Source: Octopus vulgaris (taxonomy: Eukaryota). Taken from it: a DNA stretch of 64,000 bases. The stretch spans positions 114,266,001 through 114,330,000 of the forward strand of contig OX597814.1 in NCBI GenBank assembly GCA_951406725.2, written 5' to 3'. The notes under the pieces are model-generated. The model was not told the origin of the DNA. It worked only from the letters and a program-made list of their open reading frames with translations, and did no database searches. How positions within the stretch are numbered: the stretch's first letter is position 1; each line of letters starts with the position of its first letter. The translations under genes and the position numbers were made by a program. This document shows positions 1 to 13,999 of this stretch, one piece after another.

Positions 1-1791
1 TTTACCTCAAACTTCATTATCTAGTATCGTTTCCTTTTCATTTCTTTTAAGATAGCAGGGTCTAATTTAAGGGATTTGGCTACTGTTTCTAGCACACTGA
101 TTGATCATGAGGAGGATCTCTCATTGATCAGTTTTATGGGAAATTTCCTTTTATAGCAGTGAAGGGAGGGAGGAAGTCATGCAAACTATTCAGTCATTTG
201 ACTGTGGTCATGCTGGAGCACCACCTTTTAGTCAAGCAAATCGACCCCAGGACTTATTCTTTGTAAGCCTAGTACATATTCTATCGGTCTCTTTTTGCCG
301 AACCACTAAGTTACGGGGACATAAACACATCAGCATCGTATGTCAAGCAATGTTGAGTGGGGAGACATAGACACACACAGTTTCAGTTTACCAAATCCAA
401 AATGCCATGCAGTGGAACCATGAGGTTGGTAAGCAAGCTACTTACTACACAGCCACCCCTACACCAGTTTTGTAATTAAAGCTAATTAATTGCTTCAGTT
501 CTTTCAAAGGTGCCATGCAGTGGGACTGAACCTGGAACCATGTGGTTGGTAAGCAAGCTACATACCACACAGCCACTCCTGCACCAGTTTTGTATTTAAA
601 ACTAATTAATTGCATTGGTTCTTCCAACTGCAAAATATTCCATGTTCCCACTGTCACATTTCATATTCTGTTTCACTAAGTTTAGCTACACTTCTTCACA
701 CATACAACCAAACATCTCTGCTTTACTCAGTCAAACAAATCAAGTCTGAGGTTCATATCTGAATTGTATCACCAATCTAAACACAACCAGGTAACACCCG
801 TATCATAACTGCTTTCAATTTAACACAACAAAATCTGCCAAAATGTTCTGGAAGAATAGTATATAGGCTTGTGCGTTTCTGTATTTTCTAAAGATTTATA
901 AATGGGCGCAGGAGTGGCTGTGTGGTATGTAGCTTACTCAGCAACCACATGGTTCAGGGTTCATTCCCACTGTGTGGCACCTTGGGCAAGTGTCTTCTTC
1001 TATAGCCTCGGGCCAACCAAAGCCTTGTAAGTGGATTTGGTAGACAGAAACTGAAAGAAGCCCGTCGTATATATGTATATAAATATATGTGTGTATGTAT
1101 ATGTTTGTGTGTTCCCCCAACATCGCTTGACAACTGATGGTGGTGTGTTTACGTCCCCGTAACTTAGCAGTTCGGCAAAAGAAACCATTAGAATAAGTAC
1201 TAGGCTTACAAAGAATAAGTCCTGAGGTAGATTTGCTCGACTAAAGGCAGTGCTCCAGCATGGCCACAGTCAAATGACAAACAAGTAAAAGAGTAGACTA
1301 ACCCCATCCCCTCAAATTTCAGGCCTTGTGCCTATAATAGAAAGGATTATTATTATTATTATTATTAGATGGCATGCTGGCAGAACTGTTAGCATGCCAG
1401 GCAAAATGCTAAGCAGCATTTCTTCTGCCTTGAAGTTCTGAGTTCAAATTCCGCCAAGGTCGACTTTACCTATCATCCTTTCAGTATTGATTAAGTACCA
1501 GTTGAACATTGGAGTTGATGTAATCGACTTATCCCCACCACCAAAATTACTGTCATTGAGGTAAAATTTGAAACCATTATTACTATTATTATTATTATTA
1601 TCATTATTTATAACTTTTAATCATTACTGGAAGTCCATTTTGATTTCTACAAACTGTATCTATTCTTTCTCTGCTGGATGTCACACAAACATGACTTATG
1701 AACAGCATCTCTCTCTCTCTCTCTCTATCTGAAAATCCATTTAGGTGGCTATTTGTCCATTTTTCAGCTCTGGTGACTCATGGATGTAGTA

Positions 1792-1837
<46 letters not shown>

Positions 1838-2559
1838 CGTTCCCTGGTTATCAAGAAAGCCACAGGGAATGAGTTTGGTACTTTTAAGCTAAGCGAATAA
1901 TTATTACCAGTTCCTTTTATTGTTATGAACCGTCTACTTTAGCAACTGGCATACTCCCCCTCTCTCTCTCTCTCTCTCTTCTGGACATTGAGTAAACACA
2001 CCAAATGGTATTTCTCTTGTTCTTTCTCTCCCTCTGTCTCTCTGTCTCCACAAAATTGTATAAATGTTCTCTTTATTCAATTCCAGCCAAATACAAACGG
2101 CTACACAAATATTCTCTCTGTCTCTCTCTCTCTCTCAACAGTTTCATCTGGAAATTCATTGAGGCACATAATCAGCCGTAATCAGCTCCAGTGATTCATG
2201 AATGCAGCATATTATTATTACCAGTTTCTGAAGAAAAGCCATAGCAGAATGAGAATGCTAAGTTTTAAGCTAAGCAAATAACAATTATTTCTGTTACTTT
2301 ATTATCAAGGACCTTCCTATCTGCAGCAGATAGCTTTACATGCCCTCTCTCTCTCTCTCTCTCTCTACAGGATGTTGCACAAACACACGATTGATCGAAT
2401 GAATTAGGATACCCACCCTCTTCGCTTAGCTTGCTAGTTAACTCCTGCACCCACACAACACCACAGAGATTCCTTCCACCCTTGTCTTCATCTGGTACAT
2501 TGGAGACAGTCTGAGGGTGATTGTTGAGAATAACATTGTGAGGACTAAACCCTGCATAT

Positions 2560-3073
2560 GGTACCAAGACAATATCCCCCCATGGGCAAAATCTCCACCA
2601 GACAAAATCCCCTGGCAGTCAATATCCCCCAGCATATTGTTCTTTCTACAATAAAAATATTTTAGGAAAGTGAAATTTTATATAAAATTTTTTTTTAATT
2701 TATTAGTTGAAATTTTTGTTTAAAAATTTGTCCAGAGGAATTTTGCCCTCTAGGAGGATTTTATTCTTAGGGGACGAATTTTGACCAGGAGGGGGGCAAT
2801 TTTGCCCTTGGGGGTGGATTTAATCCCAGCGAGGGGATTTTGTCCGGGGGGGGATTTTGTCTGTGGGGATTTCGTCCTCAGGTGGGGATTTGTCCTTGGG
2901 TGGGGATTTCATCCTCGGGTGGGGATTTTGTCCTCAGGTGGGGATTTCATCCTCGGCGGGATTTTAACCTCAGTGGGGATTTTGTCCTTGGGGAAAAGGA
3001 TTTTGTCCTGGGGTGGTGGTGGGGGATATCCTCGGCGGGATTTTGTTCTTGGGGTGGATTATGTCCTGATACC
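2560..3073. mobile_element. Mutator/Foldback-like non-autonomous element
   Basis: Ends ggtaccaagac / gtcctgatacc, inverted subterminal arrays of ggggattttgtcct units, 9-bp TSD cctgcatat/cctgcattt. Confidence 0.65.
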
Positions 3074-4104
3074 CCTGCATTTATTGACTAGATATCCTAC
3101 TCTACCTACACAAGGGAGAGATGTGACATTACAATAGGACCTGAAAAGTTACCCAGTCTAGGAACTGGTTAACCTCTGAAAAATGCAATCATCCAAAGAG
3201 AGTCTTAATGAGCAGGTAATTAGATACCCTACACTACCTGCACAAGGGAGAGATGTGACATCAAAACAAAACCTAAAGATACCCAGTCGAGTGATATAAA
3301 CACCTCAATCAAATCCACCCATCTACATTAAGTCCCCTCATTCGTTACTGTCATACTGTATGGATTCACGGTCATGTAGCAAAATCTGTGGATGCATCCA
3401 TCACAGCATTATGGAGAGACAGGGTGAATGTGACCAAGCTAGGCATGGCTGTGTGAATGTGACTAAGCTAGGCCTGTCTGTGTGCCTCAGCAACCCTGTT
3501 CTTTTCGTAGGAGGTGGCATCTCTGTTGGTGCCAAGAAATAAATGCAAACAACATATATAGTGTGTGCATACATTGTGTAAAGTAGTTGGCGGTAGGCAG
3601 GGGCATAGAAACCAAACCAGCAATGAAACACATGAGCAAGAGGTCATCCCTCTAATTATCCATGAGAACAGATACAATCTGTCCAACCATGCCATCATGG
3701 AAGACAGCTGTAAAACAATGGCAGTGAAGATGATCATGATGACAGTAATGATGGCAATAAAGATCATTATGAGGATGATGATGGTAATGATGGCAATCAG
3801 AATGATGAAGATGATGATGATGATGATGATGGCAATGAAGATGATCATGACCAATGGTTCTCGACCTTTTTAATATCAGGGACCAGATCCAAAACTTGGA
3901 TTTTTTTTAAGGGACTACACCAAAAAAAAGTAAAACAGTGGATGTATGGTAAGTTGCTTGCTTACCAACCACATGGTTCCGGGTTCAGTCCCACTGCATG
4001 GCACTTTGGCCAAGTGTCTTCTACTATAGCCTCAGGCCAACCAAAGCCTTGTGAGTGGATTTGGTAGATGGAAATTGAAAAGAAGCCTGTTGTATGTATG
4101 TATA

Positions 4105-4159
<55 letters not shown>

Positions 4160-5293
4160 GTGTGTATATGTTTGTGTGTCTGTGTTTGTCTCCCCAACAT
4201 CACTTGACAACTGATGCTGGTGTGTTTACGCCCCCGTAACTTAGAAGTTCGGTAAATGAGACCGATAGAATAAGTGCTAGGCTTACAAAGAATAAGTCAT
4301 GGGGTCGATTTTCTCGACTAAAGGTGGTGCTCCAGCATGGCTGCAGTCAAATGACTGAAACAAGTAAAAGAGTAAAAGAGTATATTTATAGAATGAAGTC
4401 CATCAAAGAGCTGCTGGAAGGATGCTTGAGGGCCACATGTGGCCCTAGGAACTGCAGTTGAAAACTGTTGATTATGACAGTAATGATGATGATGATGTAT
4501 TCATGTTTATTTGTTTGTTTGTTTGCTTGTATGAGACATTCACAAATTCTTATTCTAATAGAAAACAGAATAACAAAACAGAGAAGAAAAGTAAATACTG
4601 AGAATTGTGCCGAATATATTTTTGTTATTCATGGGAGGAGGGTGGAATGGAGAAGTTAAAGCTTGAGAAAGTCAACATGGATTTATTGATTAAGGGTGTA
4701 TTGATTTTATACAAATTAAATCAATCTAGATAAGTGTTAGTAAAAAGAATCATATGCTACAGTGAGTTGAAAGAATAAACTTAAATAAATAGACTGCACG
4801 AATTCCTCTTGGTTTTGATACAAAGGTTAAATAAACAGATAATATTCAAAATAGATTGAAAGAGCTGAATGGCAGAAAAAAAGAAAAAAAAATAGAGAGA
4901 GATTTTGGAAATTTAATGCATCAGGGAAAGTAAATAAACAACATGCAAATCTATTCCTAAACAAAATATGCACCTCACCCACACACAAACATACATGCAG
5001 ATGCAGGCATGGCTGCACATATACATGCACATACAGGCATACAGCTACCCACATTCATATGCATACATGCACACACACACACAAACATGCACACATGCAC
5101 CTACATCCAAATGCATTCACACATAGAATTAGACACACAAAACATGTAATTAAAGGAAATCAAGAATTTCATTAGCAATCACCTGAGCATTAGTTATTTA
5201 GTTTTATCCCCCTTATTTTTTTAGTTTTGGTGTGTTGGTTGGGGTGGGTGGGGGTGGGTCGGGAGTCAATGCAAGTTCTAGAAAGCTACTTAC

Positions 5294-5391
5294 AAATTTT
5301 TATCAAGGTGTTCACTCCATCCAATCTTTGAATTGAAGTAACTGTTTATAATCATCACAAGATCCACAAGGATCTGTTGACACCAAGGTTG
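5294..5391 (-). CDS. STK36: STK36 coding exon 12 (QPWCQQILVDLVMIINSYFNSKIGWSEHLDKN); gene continues beyond the window
   Basis: 98 nt, phase 0-2, ttctAG / GTAAGT. No further exon found in 1-5290. Confidence 0.8.
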
Positions 5392-6515
5392 CTAGAAATA
5401 GATAGGAAATACAAGATCAGGGGATAAAGAAACAATGAGAAAAGTTATATTATCATTACACACAAAATGTTAGGACAGTGGAGCAGCAGAATTGGCAGGG
5501 AGCTGGACAAATTACTTCATAATATTTAGTAATGACAAGGCGACGAGCTGGCAGAAATGTTAGCACGCTGGGCGAAATGCTTAGTGGTATTTCGTCTGTT
5601 GCTATGTTCTGAGTTCAAATTCTGCCAAAGTTGACTTTGCCTTTTATCCTTTCAGAGTCAATAAATTAATTGCCACTTGCACACTGGGGTTGATGTAATC
5701 GACTGGCCCCCCCTCCCTCAAAATTTTGGGCCTTGTGCCTAGAGTAAAATAGATTATTAACATACATACTAAGGCAGCGAGCTGGCAGAAATGTTAGTAC
5801 ACAGTAGAAATGCTTAAGCAGTATTTCATCTGATTTTATGTTCTGAGTTCAAATTCCACTGAGGTCTTCTTAGCCTTTCATCCTTTCAGGGTCGATAAAT
5901 TAATTACTGGGGTCGATGTAATTGACTGCCCCATTCCCCCAAAATTTCAGGCCTCGTGCCTAGAGTAGAAAAGAATATTTAGTAATGACCTTTTTCACTC
6001 TGGGTTCAAATCCATGTGAGGTCAACTGTGCCTTTCAACCTTCTGGAGTCTAAAGTACCAGTTAGGTACAGGAGTAGTGAAGATGTATGGCTTAGTGGTT
6101 AGGGTATTTGATTCACAATTGTAAGATCACGTGTTCAATTCCTGCTGGCACATTATGTCCTTGAGAAAGACATTTTATTTCACGTTGCTCCAGTTCACAC
6201 CACTGCCAAAAATGATAAGTACCTGTATTTCAAAGGGTCAACCATGTCACATTCTGTGTCATGTTGAATCTCCTTGAGGACCTATGTTAAGGATACACAT
6301 GTTAGTGGGGTGCTCAGCCACTTACATGTTAATTTCACGAGCTGGCTGTTCCATTGATTAGATCGCCTGGAACTCATGTCATCATAGTCAATGGAGTGCC
6401 AATATTTTTTCTTAAGTACAAGATCTGATAGAATCAACTGTCCCCACTTCCCAACTTTTGGGCCTTGTACCTACATAAGGATCTTTTTTTTTGTTTGCTT
6501 GAGCCCTAGAACTCA

Positions 6516-6693
6516 TAAGGCTAGGTACCCAGTTTCCATGGCATCTAAGGCTAGGTACCCAGTTTCCATGGCATCTAAGGCTAGGTACCCAGTTTCCACG
6601 GCATCTAAGGCTAGGTACCCAGTTTCCACGGATTCTAAGGCTAGGTACCCAGTTTCCATGGCATCATAAGGCTAAGTACCCAGTTTCCATGGC
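6516..6693. repeat. 30-bp minisatellite, ~6 units (taaggctaggtacccagtttccatggcatc)
   Basis: Contiguous near-identical units with no spacers. Confidence 0.95.
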
Positions 6694-7347
6694 TGGGATC
6701 CCAACCTTCTCCCTAAACAGGACGCTGGTCGATTTCAGGTTTCGAGACCAGCAATTTTGAGGAGAAGGGACGTGTCAATTACATCGACACCAATACTCGA
6801 CAGGTATTTTATTTTAGCAATCTCAAAGAAATAAAAAGCAAAGTTGACCTCGGCAGGACTTGAACTCAGAACATAAAGATCCGTAATAAGACCTGCTAAC
6901 CATTTTCTCTGACATGCTTACAATTCCGCCAACGCACTGCCATTTAGAAATTACCATTACATGTAAACATTCTGAACCAACAGAAGAATACCATATTTAT
7001 GGCATTCTTTTGCCGATTCCAGTGGAGCACCAAAGTCTAGGGCATAACTAAGTTCAAACGCTCTCGTATTGATTCTATTGAATGGTACTTATTGACTACA
7101 GAAGGAGACGGACTCCAAATACCCTGGAGTATTTGGCCCAGAGATTCCTGCCATCCACTTGCTGGTATAACAGACAGATTATTATATTATGGTAAGGAAT
7201 AATAGCCATAGAATAACTTTAATTGAGATGATATTAAATATGATAGAATCATAATTGTATGGTTAAGAAATCATGGAATGAGATCAGCTTTAGTTGTTTT
7301 TCACTGAAATATCAAGAGAGACTATTTTTTTCTTAAGTGTTTATTTG

Positions 7348-7805
7348 AGAGAGAGGGGGAGAAAGGAGTGAGAGAAGAGAGAGGGAAGAAAGGAGAGAAA
7401 CAGACAGACAGAGGGAGTGAGAGAGACAAACAGAAGGAGGGAGAGAGGAGTGAGTGAGGGAGAGAGGAGAGAGATGGGAGAGAGATAGAGAGACAGAAGG
7501 AGAAAGAGAGGAGAGAGGAGAAAGAGAGGAGAGAGATAAGGATAGAGAGGAGAGATATAAAGAGAGAGAGGAGAGAAGGAAAGAGAGGAGAGAGAGTAGG
7601 AGAGAGAGAAGGGAGGAGGGAGAGAGAGAAGGGAGGAGAGAGAGAGAGAGAAGGGAGGGAGGGAGAGAGAGAGAAGGGAGGGAGGGAGAGAGAGTGAAGG
7701 GAGGAGGGAGAGAGAGAAGGGAGGAGGGAGAGAGAGAAGAGAGGAGGGAGAGAGAGAAGAGAGGAGGGAGAGAAAGAAGAGAGGAGGGGGAGAGAGAGAG
7801 AAGGG
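7348..7805. repeat. Polypurine (GA-rich) tract
   Basis: ~450 nt almost only G/A. Confidence 0.95.
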
Positions 7806-9133
7806 ACATTTATGGGGCATCTGTTAGGAAGGGCATCCGGCCGTAGAAACATTGCCAGATCAGATTGGAGCCTGGTACACCCTTCTGGCTTGCCAGTCCT
7901 CAGTCAAACCGTCCAACCCATGCCAACATGGCAAGTAGACGTTAAACGATGGTGATGATGATGGGGTTTGCTCACAAGGCATTGATCAATCCAAGGCTTT
8001 TGAAGAAGGCACTTATCCTAAGTGCCACACAGTGTGAATGAACATAAACATCATCATTATCAATTATCACTTTTCCATGCTTGCACGAGTCAAAGAGGAT
8101 TCATTGAAGTAGATTTTTCAACAACCAGATGCCCTTCCTGTCACCAACCTTCACCTGTTTTCAATCAAAGTGATATTTCCCCAGAGCTAAACATGTTTTT
8201 CATGGAAGACTGGAAATAAAAGCAACCTTACTTGAATGACAGTGATGCTCATTTACAACCATTATGTGAGGACAAGCCAAGGACACACACACACATACAT
8301 GCATACATACACACGACAAACTTTCAATTTCTGTCAACAAAATCCATTTACAAGGCTTTGGTTGGTCCAGGACTACAAAAGAAAGTACTTGCTGAAGGTG
8401 ACAGGCAGCAGGATTGAACCAGAGAACACATGGTTGGGGAGTAAGCTTCTCAGCATCACAGCCCTGCTTTCCTTCCATCCATCTTTCCCTCCTATCATCC
8501 AACCATCCTGTAACTGTCCACCACTTTCTCTCTTTCTCTCTCCCATTCATTTTTCTCTCCCTACCCCACTGTCTCTCTCTTCCTCCTGTAACCCTCTCCC
8601 ATTTTCACAACCTTCCTTTGTGCTCCCTTTTATCACTTCCTCTTTCTTTCCTGAAGAATTGTATAAGAAATTGATGGCAGCGAGCTAGCAGAATCGTTAG
8701 CACGCTGGGCAAAATGCTTAGTGATATTTCATCTGCCATTACGTTTGGAATTCAAATTCCACCAAGGTTGACTTTGCCGTTCATCCTTTCGGGGTCAATA
8801 AATTAAATACCAGTTACACACTGGGGTCGATATAATCGACTTAATCCGTTTGTCTGTCCTTGTTTGTTCCCTCTATGTTTAGCTCCTTGTGGGCAATAAA
8901 GAAATAAGAATTGTATAAGAAAGAAAGAAGTGGACAAAAACAGAAGACATTTTAGAGTAAGACGGTCAAGACAACCTCTCAAATAGCAATGAATGGATGA
9001 ACAAAGATAACAATATGCTAGTGAGGACTGTATTCTTACTGGGAACAAGACAACCTCTCTAATGCTGGTGCCATGATAAAATGCATCCAGTACTTGTCAG
9101 AAATCACTGTGATAAGAAGGGTATCCAGTCATA

Positions 9134-9561
9134 CAATGCTGGATTAACCATTAAGCAAAATAAGCATGTACTTAGGGCATCAAGGGAAGGAGGGGACACA
9201 ATAGAAATAGTAAATGGTTTACGGCACAAAAGAAATCCCTTTAAACTTGCTAAAATAATATTCAGGATGCCTTTATCTCTACTAAGCATAGATGCAGATG
9301 TATTACCTAAGATCAATTTTGAGGATTTGATCAAAGACTTTGCAATTCAGAAAAATAGGAGAAAACTTTTTAAATATAAATAAAGTGGAAGAATACAAAA
9401 ATAAACATTATTTTCCCTCTTACTGTTTTGTTTCGTTTTGAGAAATAAAAAATTATTTTATGGTTTGTTATTGTTTATATTTTGAATTACAAAATCTTTT
9501 ATGGGGGAAATCCAAAATCTTTTAAGTGCTTAGGGCTTCGATGGGTCTTAATCCGGCCCTG
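9134..9561 (+). mobile_element. Internally deleted hAT element
   Basis: Ends caatgctggattaa / ttaatccggccctg, 8-bp TSD cagtcata/cagccata; hAT dimerisation-like C-terminus (LSLLSID...INFEDLIKDFAIQKNRR). Confidence 0.75.
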
Positions 9562-9887
9562 CAGCCATAGCAACCGTGTTAAATATAGAATGAGATACAA
9601 TCTGCAACCTGTGTAAAAGGACAATCTAGGCTAATTCAGGTTATGGCAGACTAAACTGCAACAACCCAACCGACCCATGATGGCGTGAAAAAGCAGACAT
9701 AAAATGGCAATGAAGATAACAAGGATAATAATGAATCTTCCCATTTAGCTTTCCAGGCAAGAAATTGAGATTAATGCCACTTCTCAAAGCTGCCGAGCCT
9801 GCAGTATGCCATCTGCTTAACCATAAATTCTCTGAAACTCTTTTACATTGTTTTATACATTTCAATCTATAAATCAATTTAAATTAC

Positions 9888-9987
9888 CTGTTTTACATCA
9901 GAATTGTCAATTATGGCTGCTATTGTCTTTAATATGAATTTCGGAACTGATACAACTACACAGAAATCAAGGATTAGTTTGACGTCA
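9888..9987 (-). CDS. STK36: STK36 coding exon 11 (CDVKLILDFCVVVSVPKFILKTIAAIIDNSDVKQ)
   Basis: 100 nt, phase 2-0, exactly bridges exons 10 and 12; ctttcAG / GTAATT. Confidence 0.8.
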
Positions 9988-10239
9988 CTGAAAGTAACAG
10001 AGAAAATAATATTTTAAGAATTAATGCCATGGTATTATCCAAAATTTGCATTTCATATGTAGTAAGCAAAACAAGGGCTTAGATGGGAGTTAAATAGTCA
10101 CTCAGATCCAAGAGGAATCGACTTGATACAGTTATCTTTAAAGGTAAAGATGAGGTGGTGGAGAAGTGAGGAAGACTGGTGGCGGTTTACACACAGAAAC
10201 ATGTAGCTTTTTATCAGTTTCATGTGAGAAAACCAGCTA

Positions 10240-10595
10240 ATTGTGTGTGTATGTGCATGTTTAAGTATGTGTGTGCATGTGTATGTGAGTGCGCATGTGT
10301 GTATATGTGTGTGTGCAAGTGTATGTGTGTGTGCAAGTGTATGTGTGTGTAAGTGCATGTGTGTGCAAGTGCATGTGTGTGCAAGTGCATGTGTGTGCAA
10401 GTGCATGTGTGTGCAAGTGCATGTGTGTGCAAGTGCATGTGTGTGTGTGTCCAAGTGTACATGTGCAAGTGTGTGTGTGTGCATATGTGCATGATTGTGA
10501 GTGCGTGTGTGAATGTGTGTGTGCGAATATGTGTAAATGTGTGTGCATGTGCAAGCATGTGTGTGAATGTGTGTATGTGTGAATTTGTGTGTGTT
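10240..10595. repeat. TG-rich minisatellite (gtgcatgtgtgtgcaa units)
   Basis: Visible tandem units. Confidence 0.9.
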
Positions 10596-12233
10596 CCCTC
10601 CCAGCACTTGACAACTGGTGTTAGCGTGTTTATGCCCCAGTAACTTAGCAGTTTGGCAAATGGGAACCAATAGAATGAATAATGAACATTAAAAAAATAA
10701 ATACTGGGGTTGATACATTCAGCTAAAAATTCTTCAAGGTGGTGCCCCAGCATGGCGACAACCTGATGACTAAAACAAATAAATGATAAAAGACAATTCC
10801 CTCGATCTTTTCTAAGACAGTTTTGATTTTGGCTCCTCAAACCATCAGCCCACTTCCACAGAACTACAGTAATCCCTTGACTATCACAGGTGTTACATTT
10901 CAAAATACCTGTCATAGGTGAAAATCTGCAAAGTAGAAACAGTACCATACTGTGTATCTTTTTTTTTATTACTTTTATAATTTAGGGCGATGAGCTGGTA
11001 GAATCATTAGAACGCTAGGCAAAATTCCTAGCGGTATTTTATCTGCCATTAGCCATTATGTTCTGAGTTCAAATTCCACAGAGGTCGACCTTGCCTTTCA
11101 TCCTTTCGGGGTTGATTAAATAAGTACCAGTTATGCATTGGGGTCGATGTTATTGACTTAATCCCTTTGTCTGTCCTTGTTTGTCCCTTCTATGTTTAGC
11201 CCCCTGTGGGCAATAAAGAAATAATTATTTTTATAATTTGTATATATTTATTTTATTATAAATGCAAAACAACACCACGGAGAAATCAACGTAAGCTTAA
11301 ATAATAAATCATGATATGTGAATCGCAATATGGTGAGGGATTACTGTATATCTTTGACAAAATACAAATCCACTGGATTAAAAAAACTGAAAATTATTTC
11401 CACATGGCTACTATAATGCCTTCAAGGGATACAAATTCTTATTCTCCAGTTAAATTTATTGGTAAACCAGGTCACAGAGAGCTATATCATCATCATCATC
11501 ATCATCATTTAATGTCCATTGTTCATGCTGACATGGGTTGGACAGTTTGGCCAGGGCTGGCAAGCTGAAAGGCTGTAACCAGACTCCAGTCTGATTTGGC
11601 ATAGTTTTCTATGGCTGGATGCCCTTCCTAATGCCAATCAATCTGAGAGTGTAATGGGTGCTCTTACATGTCAGCCACACAGGTGCCATTTGTATGACAC
11701 CAGTATTTGCCACGACTATGATTTCACTCAGCTTGATGCATCTTCTTCTCAAGGACGGCACAATGCCAAAGGTCTCGGTAATTCATCATTGCCTCCATGA
11801 AGCCCAGCACTCAAAAGATGCTTTTTGCATGCCACTGACATCGGCCACTTTGTCTTCATGAGGCCTTCAAAAGGTACTTTTTATGTGCCACTGGCACAGG
11901 TGACAGTTACATGACACCACCATCGGCCCCAACTATGATTTCACTCAGCTTGATGGGTCTTCTCAAGCACAGCATATTGCCATAGGCCTCGGTCACTAGT
12001 CATTGCTTCTGTAAGGCCCAAAATTCAAAGGTCATGCTTCACCACCACTTCCCATGTCTTCCTGGGTCTACCTCTTTGACAAAATACAAATTTGCAGGAC
12101 AGAAAAAAAAAATGAAAATTATTTCCACATGACAACAGTAATGCCTTCGAAGGATACAAATCCTTAAACTATAAATACACATCAAAAAGAGAAAAGAGGA
12201 GACTCATTGTGCGCAAAACTTCTGACAACTTAC

Positions 12234-12454
12234 CAGTCTAGCATAATCAAATTGTTGCAGACATGAAGAGCAGTTCGGAAACGAGAAGCCCCTTCAAGCA
12301 TTCCATCAAGTACCTGTTTATAACCAGTCTGAAGCCGAGCTTCCAGTTTCTTATGAAATCGGCTTTCTTGCAATAGCATTAATGCTCGTTCAGGGTTATT
12401 CTCAAGTTCGGTGGTTCCTATAAGACCTTGCCACTCTTCATCACTGTCAGTATC
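12234..12454 (-). CDS. STK36: STK36 coding exon 10 (DTDSDEEWQGLIGTTE...VLDGMLEGASRFRTALHVCNNLIMLD)
   Basis: 221 nt, phase 0-2; DSDxEWQ and GxLEGAS motifs recalled from STK36. Confidence 0.85.
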
Positions 12455-12647
12455 CTGAAATTCAAACAATTTTGATAACAGATTGAAGAAAACTGATACA
12501 CAAAACAGCATCACTAGAATGAAAGAAAATGGAAATAAAAATAATAATAGGTGCAGGTGTGGATGTGCTGTAAGAAACTTGCTTCCCAACCAAATGGTTC
12601 TGAGTTCAATCCCACTGCGTGGCACCTTGAGTAAGTGTCTTCAACTA

Positions 12648-13912
12648 CGAGGGGTGTTCATTAAAGATTTCCCCTGACCCACTTCCCAAGGACTGGGATA
12701 AACGAAACTTGGCATAATTATTATTCCTTTTCTACATAGCCACCACCAATTGTGACACACTTCTCTCATTACTTCATGCAGCTGTGAAAGCCTCGTCTGT
12801 AGAAGTTGGTAGGTTGGGTCTGGAGCCAAGACTCTACCTGGGAAATAAGTTCATCAGCATCCGAAAAGTGCTCCCCCTTCAAAAAAGACTTCATGGCTGG
12901 AAAGAGGTGCAAGTCAGATGATGCAAGGTTGGGAGAGTAAGGGGGATGAGGAAGGATTTCATAGCCACAGGAGTGTGGTTTCATCTGGGCAACATGCACA
13001 TTGGGAACTGGAGCATTATCTTGGAGGAGGTGGACTCCTTTGGTCAGTATGCCATGCCTCTCTGTTTTGCTGGTGTACTGCAAATTTTGCATCAGAGAAG
13101 CATAATATGCCCTGGTAATTGTGGTGCCCTTTTCCAGAAAACCCATCATCACTACTCTATGCTGGTCCCAAAAGACTGAGCATCACCTTGCCTGCTGAGG
13201 GTTGGACACGAGCCTTCTTTGGAAGTGGTGAGTTATTATGCTTCCATTGCTTCAACTGGACTTTAGTCTTAGGATCATAGTGATGGACCCATATTTTATC
13301 CTTAGTGATAAGTCTGCTAAAAAAGTCCTCCTTGTTTTCTTGGCACTTGCCAAAAGAGCCTGGGAGCAATTGACTCATTCCTGCTTCTGAAATGGTATGA
13401 ACATCTGGGAATCCACCATGCAGACAGCTTCTGCATGTGCAAATGGTTGAGAATGATTTCACTTCTTGGGTTAGTTGCCAAATAGTTATGTGGCAATCCT
13501 CCAAAATGGCAGCTTCCATTTTATGAATGGTGTTGTCATCAATGGCAGAATGTGGTCATCCAGGAATGGGAGCAGTTTCCACTGATGTCCGACCACATTT
13601 GAACTGGTGATGCCAGTACTTGACGAAGTCATATGTTGGTGCATCATCACCATAAACTTCTTTCATCTCATCGAAAGTCTCTTTTGGTGTACGACCTTTC
13701 AAGTATAAGAACCGGATCAGTGATCTGCATTCAACTGCCTCCATTATAACACCTTAGTTCATTTCAGCAGCAGCAAAAGACAAACAAATACAAGTGGAAA
13801 GCTGTAATTCACAATGTGACATGTAGAGACATGCATGATTATACCTGTACATGTTTCATTTCTTGCGATAATTAGAAGTGGTTCAGGGGAAATCATTAAT
13901 GAACACCCCTCA
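12648..13912 (-). mobile_element. Full-length but frameshifted mariner transposon
   Basis: ~38-bp TIRs (cgaggggtgttcatta.../...taatgaacacccctca), TA at 12646-47 and 13913-14. Transposase is split across ORFs 13556-13744, 13157-13519 and 12769-13152 with WVHHYDP, DNAP and HPPYSPNLASSD. Inserted in a SINE. Confidence 0.93.
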
Positions 13913-13968
13913 TATCCTCAAAGCCTTGTGAGTAGATTTGGTAGACAGAAACTGAAAAAAGCCCATCG

Positions 13969-13999
<31 letters not shown>

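Noticed and set aside
600-900. Next STK36 exon
   Set aside because: The AG-initiated phase-2 frames I tried hit stops before a donor; the next exon probably lies outside the window.
3468-3873. Met/Ile-rich membrane-like ORFs
   Set aside because: Derived from a degenerate (GAT)n tract.
6516-6693. CRISPR-like 30-bp repeats / KARYPVSMAS repeat protein
   Set aside because: No spacers, no cas genes, eukaryotic intron; a plain minisatellite.
7322-7852. Long S/L/P- and E/R-rich ORFs
   Set aside because: Translations of the GA tract.
10098-10948. His/Thr- and Cys/Val-rich ORFs (also 19299-19963, 34883-35418)
   Set aside because: Produced by CA/TG repeats.
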